A stretch of 64,000 nt of DNA from Eukaryota sp. GEM-RC1 (lineage: Eukaryota): assembly GCA_040285855.1 (NCBI GenBank), contig JAUFOQ010000001.1, forward strand, positions 2,480,001-2,544,000, written 5' to 3'. This document shows, piece by piece, positions 51,821 through 63,065 of this stretch. The first letter of the stretch is position 1, and each line of letters opens with the position of its first letter. The notes under the pieces are model-generated. The model was not told the origin of the DNA, ran no database searches, and saw only the letters and a program-made list of their open reading frames with translations. The position numbers were made by a program, and so were the translations under genes.

Positions 51821-53033
51821 TTGTTGAAAATTTTGAATATATGAATCTATTTTCTTTTCTTTGAGAATTCATCACAACCTTAAGACATCTTAAGCTCTTA
51901 TCAACGAACTAGTGTTACAGCGATGTTCATGTTCAACATGTTGTCATTGTCTTAAAGCGAGCTAAGCACCAATACATACTTTCCCTTCACAGTGTTTGAT
52001 TTCTTCACTGTTGATATGTAACAATGTGGATATTTGTCTTCCAAGAGTCCACATGCTGAATGCAATTGACAGACACCGTACAAGTATTGATCATGCCGTT
52101 GGAAAACTACATGTACGTTTCAAGTTAAGATCGATTAGCCGTTTGCTGCAAATGTCAAAATTATTCAACGTGCTCTTTTGTAGGTAATGGTGTTTTTGCC
52201 ATTTAATTCATTGGTGTCATTACATTCATCTACGTTTAATTATTCTTGGTGTTGTTCGTATTGCTCGTTATTTCGTGTTAAAACAAAGGGTTTTCACTCT
52301 ACAGTTGAACCAGTTTTGGAAACAAGGATTTAGGTACGAAACTCTTTTGATTGGAGTGAGGGCTAATGACGAAACACTGTATATCTTAGATAGGCTTGAA
52401 GTGGTTCGGATTTAGACTTGTTGTTACAACAACAATCATTATAATAGTTAAGAAGAGTGTTTACTTGTATGCATGATGCCGCAAAAGACCAAATACATTA
52501 TATGTAACGTTTTGATCATATGTTATGGTTGAATCGGATCGTTTTTACTGTTTTTAAACAATTACCCTAATCATCTCCAAAGCTTTATTAGCAGTGAGTT
52601 CCTTTTATGACGACAAATCTGTTGTTAGACTTGATAGCGACGGGTATTGTTTTAATGATATCAAATTTTAGTTTTCCAGTTTATTACATTTATAAAGATC
52701 ATCATAAGCGACAAATAGTAAAGGAAAGTATAGGAAACTACGAAATAGAATCATTTTCTTCATTGGACCGTCAGTAAAATATTTAACATATTTAAATAGT
52801 GTTACTTAAATGAACATTATTTATGAAGCAAGTAGACAGCTTGATAGTCGTCTTATATTAAAAAATGTCTAGAGTAAACACAATAGATACCAGACTACAT
52901 GTCGTTGAGCCTTTAAGTATAGGAACTTTACATGACCAGAACGTAGTTTTCACTTACAATATATCAAATAATTGAAAAAGTACTGACAAAAGAGAGACCT
53001 TCAATTTATTCAGGCTTATGGACTTACAACAAG

Positions 53034-56000
53034 TTAATTAGATTGCTTTTTAAAAGCGGCAACAAATGGTTTTACAAATTTAATACCGGGTCTCCTTTTA
53101 ATTGTTATAAATTCTCCTTCACTTATTAAGTAACGAAGAATATCATGAGCTTTACTTTGTCGTTGTTTGAACGGAGACTTTGCATTATACACAGATTGAT
53201 AAATGGGACCACAAGGTTTCGTCAACGCTTCAAAAACAGGCGACAAACATCCAAAATCAACCTCTAAAAGCCAATTTGAAACATCTCCAAATTCTTCCAA
53301 ATAAAACGGTGCAAGGTCGACCAAGTCACTAGGAGTTAGTCCAACTCTAACTAAAGGTTCGAGGTCCTCTGAAAATCCCAACTTACTTAAATTGGGAAGG
53401 GTAGAGTGGGAGGGATTGCTTTTAACGAATTCAGACAAGATGTGAAGGAAGTAATTTGAAATTACATCAGTAGTCTCCAATACTTCAGATGGGATTTCAG
53501 AAGAAAATTTGAAAATTTCGTCAAATTGTAAATTTGATATAATGGATCGAAGTTGAAAGGCTCGTGTAAGACTAACTGAGCATGAACAAGAAGATTCAGT
53601 GAACTGCCACTGCTTTAAATTAGGAAACAAACCTTTGGGAAATCGCCGAATAATTTCAAAAAGATGAATAATTGGAAGATTAATCGTAACATTTTCTTTG
53701 CCAGAGACTCTAACTGCAGCTTGTTGGTAACCTAATCCTAATGAAAGAAGCTTTAGACTAAAGGTGACGTCATTCAACATTAAACGTTCTAAAGCAAACA
53801 ATTGATGTAAAGTTGTGACGGAAAACGTCAACTTATTTGAATCTGAAACCGTTACAGTACCAAAATGATTTGAAAGTTTCATACTATCCACAATCAATTG
53901 ATCAAAATTGATTGGAAGATCAAAACTAATTTTGAGTGTGGATGAACTGGGATACTGACCTTGATTCCTAACAACATTAATCGAAAATGATTGACTATGA
54001 TGAAGAAGACCAGTTTGATCGACATTAAAATCAAGCGGGAAAAAGCAAAATTTTGAGTTCGTGTCGACTGTACAGTGAACCGTAATTAAATTTCGAAGTT
54101 GTGGCGAAACAACAGGAGCAGAAACACCCAATGAAACCATTCTTTCCACACGTGTTTCACCAACTGTCTTTAACAAAAACAAATGAATTCCAAATGTTAG
54201 TAATACTTCCAAAGGAGATGAACAATCAACAAGAAACTGATTGCATTGGTGTAGATAGAAATTGGTAAGAAGCAAAGAATTCTTAGAACTTTCAATAGTC
54301 AGTGGAGAAGAGAATATTTCATTAAAGTACTCAGAGATAAGTGACGTGTAATTACTGAAGTTATTAAGAGTGGTAAGGAAGAAGTATTGAGCTAAATCTT
54401 CAGGAGTACATGAAAGTCCGACGAAGTCTTTAGAAATTGTGTTATCCAAAAACAAGTCTGCTATTAGAGAAGGTATAGTATGATCCATTCCGACTTCAAA
54501 ATTTAAAATAACAGTATCAGAAGACAAAACAATTTGATCAATTACTTTAACTACAGACCTCGCAAAGACTGTTACTCTAGGATTTGTTGGACAAATCGAG
54601 TCTAATAGAGCTTGAGTTGCAGCTTCAAAATTACTGCTAGAAGAAGTAAGTTTGAAGTAAGTAACATGGGGTAAATCTACACAAATAACAACATGCTTTT
54701 GATTGGTTTCCTGTACATTGGAGTTGAACTCAATGCTTTGAGAGAGAAAGTTCATCATAGAACTATCCAAAACTGCCACGTCATCACTGACTTCAAACAT
54801 GTCATTAGTTAGTTCAAACCCTTTAATTATTTCCAATGAATTCCAATCCATTGCTAGAGCTAAGAGATAGTGAGTAATAGTTAGAAAGAACATTGGAGAC
54901 GCCTGTGGATGGAGAATGGCATGAAGACATTTGAGGTTGTTGTCTGTCAAAAGAGGAACAAGAAGTCTTAGACATAGGTTCACAAAGGAAGCTGTGTTGA
55001 ACCCATGTTTCTCAAAGAAAAAGGAGTATGTATTACTTGGACAAAAGGAGGAGATGAGAGATCTGTTGTTGTTTTGGTCAAGGATTTTGAATAGAACAGA
55101 AGCAAAGGTGGTTAAGCAATGAGAAACAATCTGGGATCGAGACAAAGAAGACAATAACGAGGATGACTTCTTAATCACGTCATCACTGAGATCATGGACA
55201 TCACAACAAGAAGGACGAGCATTTGTTAACCAGTACAGAAAGGACTCACGATCGGGGAAAGACAGAGTTTCAGTGAAGGGGTAAGAAGTAGCATTATCAT
55301 TGAAGGAGATGTTGGTATTCGAAAAGGAGAAACAAGGCTGATCTGCTGGTCTTGGAACTGCTTCGATATGATTAGATACCTTTAAGTAGTAATTGAAGGC
55401 TATCCAGAAAGCATCAAGCGCAGCATATTCTATTTGTGCTGCAGACAGAGTATCAGAACTCCAGTTACTCGTTGTGGTTTTCTTCCCCTTAGTGCAGAGT
55501 AGAGTATATCCATGAGCAGAAAAGACAGACAACGGATGTGAGATGGGGCCTAGATCTACCTTAGTCTTCCCTAGTCGTTGCTGGTATATCTTGCCTATAC
55601 CTTGAAAGTAGCTTTCAATGTCATAGACAGGTTTCACATTGGTTTTCCACATCTGCTTGATCCTTTTGACATCTTCTTGCTTGGCTTTGAATACTTTGGT
55701 TATGTCTGGAGTTGTCAGTAAATCACGCAAATCATTGTTTAGTTGTTTCACTTGATGGACTTGAATTACCATGCAGATAGAGGGGGTTCCCAGCTGAAGT
55801 ACATCCACTGGATTCTTCCTCCATTCACCATCAACAGCAATAAAAGGATAGTCTGATGGAATTGACTCACGAAGCAAGCGGATGTAGTCTGAAACCTCAT
55901 CAGCATCATCTCTGAGTGAAAACAAGTAGACAGGAACGGGAGGAAGTTCTTTAACAAAGCTTATAGAACGATGAGCTTGAACATTGGAGTAAGAACTGAT

Positions 56001-56084
56001 TGAAGGAAGAATTAGTTCCTCTTCAGAGTCTGAACTACTTAGGAGCAATTGCTGAAGATGAGAATTTCGGGAGAGTCTTACCAT
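53034..56084 (-). CDS. Large protein (1016 aa) with an N-terminal WRN/Mut-7/EXD-like DEDDy 3'-5' exonuclease domain, paralog B
   Basis: ExoI IAVDGEW...VDVLQLGT, ExoII-region KVFKAKQEDVKRI and VYDIE, ExoIII SNWSSDTLSAAQIEYAALDA; long C-terminal region not recognised. Confidence 0.88.
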   Translation of the reverse strand: MVRLSRNSHLQQLLLSSSDSEEELILPSISSYSNVQAHRSISFVKELPPVPVYLFSLRDDADEVSDYIRLLRESIPSDYPFIAVDGEWRKNPVDVLQLGTPSICMVIQVHQVKQLNNDLRDLLTTPDITKVFKAKQEDVKRIKQMWKTNVKPVYDIESYFQGIGKIYQQRLGKTKVDLGPISHPLSVFSAHGYTLLCTKGKKTTTSNWSSDTLSAAQIEYAALDAFWIAFNYYLKVSNHIEAVPRPADQPCFSFSNTNISFNDNATSYPFTETLSFPDRESFLYWLTNARPSCCDVHDLSDDVIKKSSSLLSSLSRSQIVSHCLTTFASVLFKILDQNNNRSLISSFCPSNTYSFFFEKHGFNTASFVNLCLRLLVPLLTDNNLKCLHAILHPQASPMFFLTITHYLLALAMDWNSLEIIKGFELTNDMFEVSDDVAVLDSSMMNFLSQSIEFNSNVQETNQKHVVICVDLPHVTYFKLTSSSSNFEAATQALLDSICPTNPRVTVFARSVVKVIDQIVLSSDTVILNFEVGMDHTIPSLIADLFLDNTISKDFVGLSCTPEDLAQYFFLTTLNNFSNYTSLISEYFNEIFSSPLTIESSKNSLLLTNFYLHQCNQFLVDCSSPLEVLLTFGIHLFLLKTVGETRVERMVSLGVSAPVVSPQLRNLITVHCTVDTNSKFCFFPLDFNVDQTGLLHHSQSFSINVVRNQGQYPSSSTLKISFDLPINFDQLIVDSMKLSNHFGTVTVSDSNKLTFSVTTLHQLFALERLMLNDVTFSLKLLSLGLGYQQAAVRVSGKENVTINLPIIHLFEIIRRFPKGLFPNLKQWQFTESSCSCSVSLTRAFQLRSIISNLQFDEIFKFSSEIPSEVLETTDVISNYFLHILSEFVKSNPSHSTLPNLSKLGFSEDLEPLVRVGLTPSDLVDLAPFYLEEFGDVSNWLLEVDFGCLSPVFEALTKPCGPIYQSVYNAKSPFKQRQSKAHDILRYLISEGEFITIKRRPGIKFVKPFVAAFKKQSN

Positions 56085-57049
56085 TTGTTGAAAATTTTGA
56101 ATAAATGAATCTATTTTCTTTTCTTTGAGAATTCATCACAACCTTAAGACATCTTAAGGTCTAATTAATCAACGAACTAATCTTACAGCAATGTCCAAGA
56201 TTGATATATTGTCATCGCTAAAACTGGCGAAGCTCCAATACAATCACCCCCACAATGATCGTTTAATTGACATTTGACACATGTCAAAGCGGACATTTGT
56301 TTTCCAACGGACCAATTGCTAAATGCAATTGGAATAGACAACACTGGTACGGATAGCAGAGTAGATAAACTATGTTTGAAGTTATTATTCTGAAGTATGG
56401 TCGATTAGCTACTAGACCTGTAAATTTCAAATTTCTAAAACTATTCACAGTGCTCTAGTTGATGGTGTTCATTGCCGTTTTATTTATTGGCGCCATTTTA
56501 TTAAACTACGTACTTTAGTTCTTGTTGTTGTTCGTATTGCTCCCTATTTCTCGTTTAGAGCAAATGGTTTTCCCTCTGCAGTTGAACCAGTTTTGAAACA
56601 TGTTTGAAATCACAGACTTTCATATCACAATATGACGTGATGTTATAATCACATCCAGTATATATCGAGTCAATCATCGATGAAGCTCACCACATTTGGG
56701 AATTGGTTAGTATTATACTTGATTCTTCCTATAATCCTTTGAACAGCTGCTGAAATTTTGAAGCAATCCAATTATAACTCTTTAGTCGAACAATTACACC
56801 AAAATTCACCTTTCGGATTTGTGTTCCAATCTCCTTTTGTTGATCTTTTCGAATCGATTATTGCTGCAGGTTGAACCGTTTATTAATGAGTAGTGTGTAC
56901 AGAAAAGAAGCGTAAGATTAGAATGCTAGATAAACGAGATATGACCAATACAGTGACATACTTGCTTCTGCAAAAAGAAACAAAAACAATAACTGAAATT
57001 TCTGAACTATGATCCTTCTATTCAACAAACAATGTTTGAATGAAACCTC

Positions 57050-57615
57050 CTTACTGTCTTTTCAATTTATCTAAACACGGCTTTCTGGTTTGCTTGTTTA
57101 GTTGATTTTTTATGTCAACAATCTCTTACCATTTGGTTTGTTACAGAACAGCACGTGTATCTGTAAAAACAAACATAAGACTAGCTTTCATCATTTGGTC
57201 AATTGTTCAAAGTTCATATAGTGTCGTTCAATTCTGCACAACATTCTTCGAGACACAAGTTTGAAAATGTTTAAGACGAATGGTTTCCATGGCAAAGTTG
57301 AACCATTGCTTTCTCATCTTTCAGATCACCCTGATTCTACTTAGAAACGTGGTGAATTTATTGGCCCTTGGTTATCATGCCAAGAAATTGTTGTTGATTT
57401 TACAAGCGTTGATCTTTGCAAAGCTAGTGTTAATAATTTTGAACACTTCAAATGACCCGCTGACAGACGCTGATAACGCCAAAGTGTCTACATCAAGTTG
57501 CTGCATTGAATTCACGAAGACACAATGATATGGTCTTTTGCAGTTTCTTTGCACGGAAATTTTGGTTCTTCTACCAATCAATTTTTAAATTTATTTGAAA
57601 ACTTATGTTCAGAAG
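57050..57615 (+). mobile_element. RLE non-LTR retrotransposon remnant (zinc knuckle plus RLE); its tail continues at 58580-58880
   Basis: FHHLVNCSKFI*CRSILHNILRD...FKTNGFHGKVEPLL, then RGEFIGPWLSCQEIVVDFTSVDLC, then AVSLHGNFGSS. Confidence 0.75.
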
Positions 57616-57695
57616 AACAACGGAATGTTTCTAAAAATAATGATTATACTGGAGCAGCAAAATTGAAAATATAGATTCTGTTTCTGAAGACGACT

Positions 57696-58576
57696 ATGAC
57701 ACGTCATCAGAAAAAAAAAAGTAATAAGCTAATAGCGCTTAGTGGTAACAGCTCAGAATTTGAAGTTGATTTTAGAGAAGTCTTTGAAGATAGTCCAGAG
57801 TTAGTTTCGAGAATAGAATCTCTTTTTGAGAAGGAATTTGATTGTGAGATGCACAATGAATATGATTCAGAATTAATTTATGGTCTTTCAGAAAAAGACC
57901 GGAATTTAATGATTTCATTTATTTTAAAATTTGCGCTTTTTTCAGGGTCAATTGATGATATTTTTGACAAATTTACCACAACCACCAAGTGTCCAAAAAT
58001 AAGAAAAGTTTTGTTGCATTTTTCAAATCTATATGTCGTTATCTACTTCTTTTTGTTATTTTACTTCAAAATTCTGTTGAACTTTGGCCTTTTGAATATT
58101 TCCCTGACGGTGTTGGGGTAGGTTTACTTCCTGAAAAACTGTGTCAAGAATTGCTATCACGAGTTTCTTTCTTTGCTGCAGTCAAACAGATTCTCAAAGA
58201 CCCAACGTGTTTGCTCTTTATGGTAAGTTTTAAATTATTTGCAAAATTTCAATTATTTCCGGGATTGAAAACTGGTTCTTGGGGAATTGATCACGATTGC
58301 TTTTTGTTAACTTCCCTTTTAGATATTGGTTTTGGTAGGTGGAGTGAAATAAGCAAACAAAACTTCGATTCCATGACTATTGGTGATATTGCCATTGAGA
58401 TGTTTGTCAAAGAATTTAAGATATTAAATAATTCTGAAGATGTTCCAGATGAGAAACTAACTCGTTTTCAACGAAATCTATCTAAGTGGATTAAAAAACG
58501 CATCACAAGTATTGTGGATTTCTATGATCGACAACAATTCATGTGCAAAATTTCAAAAAGTCTGACTATTTCTTGA
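57696..58576 (+). pseudogene. Stand-alone CHD-remodeller-like SANT/SLIDE DNA-binding fragment (frameshifted)
   Basis: YGLSEKDRNLMISFILKFA (SANT-like); LLSRVSFF..VKQIL; WGIDHDCFLLTSLLDIGFGRWSEI (CHD SLIDE-like W..E/DD..LL.....G.G.W..I pattern); no ATPase domain. Confidence 0.55.
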
Positions 58577-58579
58577 TTT

Positions 58580-58880
58580 TGCAGTTTCATTGTGCGGAAA
58601 TTTCGGTTCTTCTACCAAGGAGTTTTTAAATTTATTACAAAATTTGCGTTGAGAATTTGGCAAGAAGTTTAACAAATCCTACTGGAAGAGTAAATTTGCT
58701 TTTTTCGATTTTTAGGACTATGTATAGATATAGATATGTTGATTCCATTTTGTCCAAGTTGTTTGGAGGCAACTACTTTTCGGAATTAGGTAGTTCGTTT
58801 GATAATTTGTTTTAATAGTGTTTGTCTATTTGTTGTTTTCTTGTTGTGTGTTTTTCTCCGCACATACACCCGTTTTTTTC
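58580..58880 (+). mobile_element. 3' tail of the RLE non-LTR family
   Basis: Reverse complement of ~13262-13549; its first ~70 bp also repeat 57539-57610. Confidence 0.7.
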
Positions 58881-59190
58881 TCTAACTATAAAATGATGAA
58901 ACGGTTTGCATTGAAATCGATCTTTTGGTATCGAATCTTGCAACACAAGGAACGTTTGAAATTAAAAGAATTCTGCAGAAGAATTGTGGGCATCCTGATT
59001 GTTAAATTCAAATTAACACGTAGGTTTAAGTAGTTCAGTTACTAAAATTCTACACTATACTGGTTACTTTTGTACTGACACGAATACTAGACATATAACG
59101 GTACATAGCTGGACACAGAAGTAGCAAATGATACGGTTTTCATGACAACTCAGAAATTAATATCTTTCGAACGGTAATTTTCTCTAATTT

Positions 59191-60563
59191 ATGGACGAAT
59201 TTGAAGACTTTGAGGGCTTTGAAGGCTTAGACGATTTCGATCAAGGTGGCTTTGAGGAGTTTGATCAGGGCGATTTCGGTGGGGAGACCTTTGATGATGA
59301 CTCCTCCATTGCTATAGAGAATGCCTATTACCAGGCCAAGAATCTCAAAGACACAGACCCTCTCTCTGCTATTTCTGGCTTCAAAACAGTGCTCGATTTG
59401 GACCAATTCAAGTCTTTAATATCGTTCAAGGCAACTAAACATCTTTGTCTTCTTTACAGACAACTCTCAAACTATGACGAAGTCCTTAAATACTATACAG
59501 ATCTCCTTGCAATGTGCCACAATCCTGTTGTTTCTCGGGGTGACTTTGAGCGGACTATCATGACAATTCTCGATGACTCATCTCTCCTAGATTCCTCTTC
59601 ACTCCGAGGATCAAGTAAAGAGTCCCAGTTCTTCGACGAACTCTACAACAAAACACTCACAGTTCTAGAAACAGATGAGAACTTCCAACGGTTCTCACTG
59701 AAAGTCCTACTCAAGCTTGGTAACTTCTACATTGACCACAAGAAATACCATCAAGCAGAAAACATCATCAAGAAACTTCACTACATTCTCGGTCCCCCAG
59801 AAAACTCTCTTGAAGACACCCGCAGAGCAGCCATCTTCTTAGAAGTCATTGCCTTGGAACTTGTCGTCTGCCGCGTCTTCCACAAAACCCGTAAGATCAA
59901 ATCTCTCAGTGCCCTTGCAGAAAAGCTAAAGAAGCTCTCAGTTGCTCATCCTCACGTGTGGGGGTGATCTCTTCTACGACAGCTCTAATGAAGATGCAGT
60001 TCAGAGACTTTGAAGGAGCGATGTCCTCGTGGAAAGACACGTTTCAAGCATTTGATGAAGCTGGAAGTTCTGAGCGGTTACGTGCTTTACAGTTTCTAGT
60101 GCTCACCAGTCTAATGTCGCAGTCAGATGTTGATATCTTTAGTGCGCCTGAAGTTAAGCCGTATCAGGATGCTCCCGAAGTTAGAGATTTTTATATGTTG
60201 TTTGTGGCTTGTCAAAATTTAGATATTTCTGGATTTGAAAAGGCATTATCGAGAATAACAGATGAGGAAATGTTTGAATTTCTGGAGGATTTAAGGTTTT
60301 CAATAAGATCACGTGTTGTTTTGGACCTGATTCCAGCATTCTCAAAGCTTCCACTTGACTATTTATCACGAAGACTAGAATGTTCAGAATCTGAAGTCAT
60401 TTCTCTACTAACGAGGCTAATTGTCTATGAGAAATTAAACGGATACATTGACTCGAAAAGTAATACACTGGTTTTAAAACTGAAGGACTCTGCTGATGGG
60501 AAACTTGTGGGCATAATAACTGAATGGTCGACGTCTATTCTGTCTTCTGTGAGAGTTAACTGA
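59191..60563 (+). CDS. CSN2: COP9 signalosome subunit 2 (PCI domain); one missing G at ~59960-59964
   Basis: Acidic N-terminus, IENAYYQAK, FKATK, LEVIALE, HPHVWG(V)I, FQAFDEAGS, EVKPYQDAPE, C-terminal PCI winged helix (GYIDSKSNTL). Confidence 0.88.
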
Positions 60564-61027
60564 TTACATTTGTAGATATATATTTTCGTGTTTGTGTTCT
60601 TAATTATGATTTGATTGATTAGTTTCATGTTAGTCAGATTGTATAGAAACAATACATTTTCATTACTGTTTTTTAATTTTTGTGAAATTGAAGGAAAATA
60701 CAGTAACAGTAATTGAAACAGAATCGGAAAAATGACTTACAATGTACTAGTAGTATATTGTTACAACTAGTTTGTAAACTTTGCCAGTTTAAGATCTAAT
60801 GTAAACTTTAACCAGTGATGGTGACTGGTTGAAAAACAAGAGGATGGATACTCGATCTCAATTAATGGGTTAGTAATATATGTCATTGATTTGCTGAAAT
60901 ACACCTCATGTCAATTGCCTTAGAGAGGCCATCATTCAACAGAAGACCTGAAACACAATTCAGAGCATACAATAATCAGAGTCCAATTTATTAATTAAAA
61001 CGAGATAGCGAAACATATTATTTACAT

Positions 61028-61700
61028 TTACAGTTTAGAGAAATACTCGCCGGGTTTCGAAGGATCGATATCAGAAGCTCCTTCTTCAAAATTGGCGGGG
61101 CAAACAGTTCCGTGTTTCTTGGCGTGTTGGAAGGCCTTCAATAATCTAAGAGTTTCCTTGGGGGATCTACCAACAGACAGATCGTTGGTGGTTTCATGAC
61201 GGATAATTCCTTCATCATCAATCATGATCAAGGTACGGAGATGGACACCGTCTTCAGGAATCAGGCATCTGTATTTGCGGCCATAGTCGTGGTTGGTATC
61301 AGCGAGAAGAGGAAGTTTGAAGTCTTCACCAAGTCCACCTTGATTACGGGGTTGCATGCACCAGTTCATGTGAGAGAACTGAGAGTCGGTTGAAATACCC
61401 AAAACAGCGCAGTTGAGCTTCTCGAATTCGGCCAAGAGGTCATTGTATGCATGGAGTTCAGTAGGACAAACAAAAGTGAAATCAAGGGGATAAGACAGAA
61501 TGACTACCCACTTTCCCTGGAGTTGTTCGAGGGAGATTTCCTTGAAGTTGTGTTCATGATATGCTTGTAGTTTGAATTCAGGAGCTACAATGAGACCACG
61601 ATCGAGGGACAATACCTTTCGATCCAACGAGAGGTCGGACGGCAGTGGATGAAACAAACTCACAGGGAACTTTGCAATGGCCTTTGTGATGATGATGCAT
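61028..61700 (-). CDS. Typical 2-Cys peroxiredoxin with a His/Cys-rich N-terminal extension; exons 61700-61616 and 61584-61028
   Basis: YPLDFTFVCPTE, GGLG, VGRS, VCPANF and terminal YF. Splicing a 31-nt intron gives MHHHHKGHCKVPCEFVSSTAVRPLVGSKAPEFKLQAY. Confidence 0.92.
61585..61615 (-). other. 31-nt spliceosomal intron in the peroxiredoxin gene
   Basis: GTATTGTCCCTCGATCGTGGTCTCATTGTAG; removal restores the family motif LVGSKAPEF in frame with the ATG at 61700. Confidence 0.85.
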
Positions 61701-62208
61701 TTACGACAGAAAGAAAAGTACCTTCCAAATTCAGCATACGCTATTATTAGATTGACACGTTGCAATTGGTGGTGATCCTTGTTTTTTTGACCAATTAGTT
61801 TCTGTTAGTATTGGTAGCCTTTCAGTGTATGTGTATCTCCTAGGATCCTCAAATCGAGGTCGGCTAACGTTTTACATAATGAACGTATCAAAGATATGCA
61901 TTGTGTCAAGCACTTCTACTAAACAAGAGACTGGTGAACAGTATCCAGTGTTACACTAACACGTTGGCGTGAGTTCCTCAGTGTAGGTACGCCATGGGTA
62001 GAACCAAGACTTCAGTCTTATAAAACTCATAATTGTATTAAAATTTCAATACACTTGTGATTCGTTTATGATTTTTACAAGGTTTCTTAAGTATGCACAT
62101 TGAGTGACATGTATTCTAAGTTATATAAGTAAAACTCTTCAGTTGAAGTGAAGAATTTAACATTTGAGGTAATTTATTTAAGTACTCCCTGAACCAAGAT
62201 ATCAACAT

Positions 62209-62889
62209 TAGAGATGGGAGCCGGCTGAATTTGGCCAACTAAGGCTAGCCGAGCTGGTCTGGCTGGTCCTGAAATGATATATATTCAGTTGTAGGCCCAC
62301 TGGCTAAAATATATTTAGTACATAGTACATTGTCGTTCTTACTATTTTTGTTTGCTTCTTTTCCTTCAATTTACATTGGATGTAACTGTGTTCTCAAGTA
62401 GTGCAGAACCTGAATAAAAACATCAGAGTTCTTTCTCCAACGACTAAGAACTGATTAAGGTCCTTCTCAAAAGTACATGGATTGTTGTTTTCTTTCAATA
62501 AGCAGTCAGCCAATTCCAGTATGTTCGATTGTTTCAAACATTGGTAGAAGAATAACTATTTAATCAGTCAACAAGGCTATAAACAACTTGTTTATAAACA
62601 AGTTTATAAGTGGAAAGGACCCAAATAAGTAACACGATACAATATGTGAAACACTATATTGATCTAATCAATGCTGGCAGTGTTGAATCGATCTGATACC
62701 AGTCTAGTTGTCTTTAACAACTGTCATTTACTGAAAAATCAATCAACAAAGTAGCAACACATTTAGTCAGTTAGCCTAATTACTGGAACATTACATTTAG
62801 ACTAAATTAATTGTAATTCAAACAAATGCTCGAAACAAATTTCGCCGAGGCTGATCCGTGAGTAACCTTTGAGCTGGCTCCCATCTATA
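62209..62889. mobile_element. Older TIR element, hAT-like
   Basis: TAGAGATGGGAGCCGGCT...AGCTGGCTCCCATCTATA; the putative 8-bp TSD is degenerate (ATCAACAT/ATTACAAT). Confidence 0.6.
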
Positions 62890-63065
62890 ATTACAATGTA
62901 AAATTTTTTATAAATGATTAGTTCTGGTTTAGTGATAAGCTGGCCACTTTCAGACAAAGACACTTCTGCTGAATTTGTGATATTCATGATTCCACTAGCA
63001 GTACATCTGAAATCAAATACCACAAAGCCAAATTCAAAACCACCTTTAAAATCAAACAACTTTAA

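Noticed and set aside
5163..59965. Programmed ribosomal frameshifting or RNA editing as the cause of the many split genes (giant protein, coiled-coil gene, STT3, rhomboid-like gene, BTB copy 3, CSN2)
   Set aside because: The breaks sit in or next to homopolymers of A, T or G, go in both +1 and -1 directions and share no motif. This is the typical pattern of long-read consensus error.
61585..61765. ORF-track N-terminus of the peroxiredoxin (MQRVNL...) and a 79-nt intron model as the main isoform
   Set aside because: The track start is not an ATG and reads through the intron. The 31-nt intron model restores the family LVGxKAPEF motif, which the 79-nt model removes.
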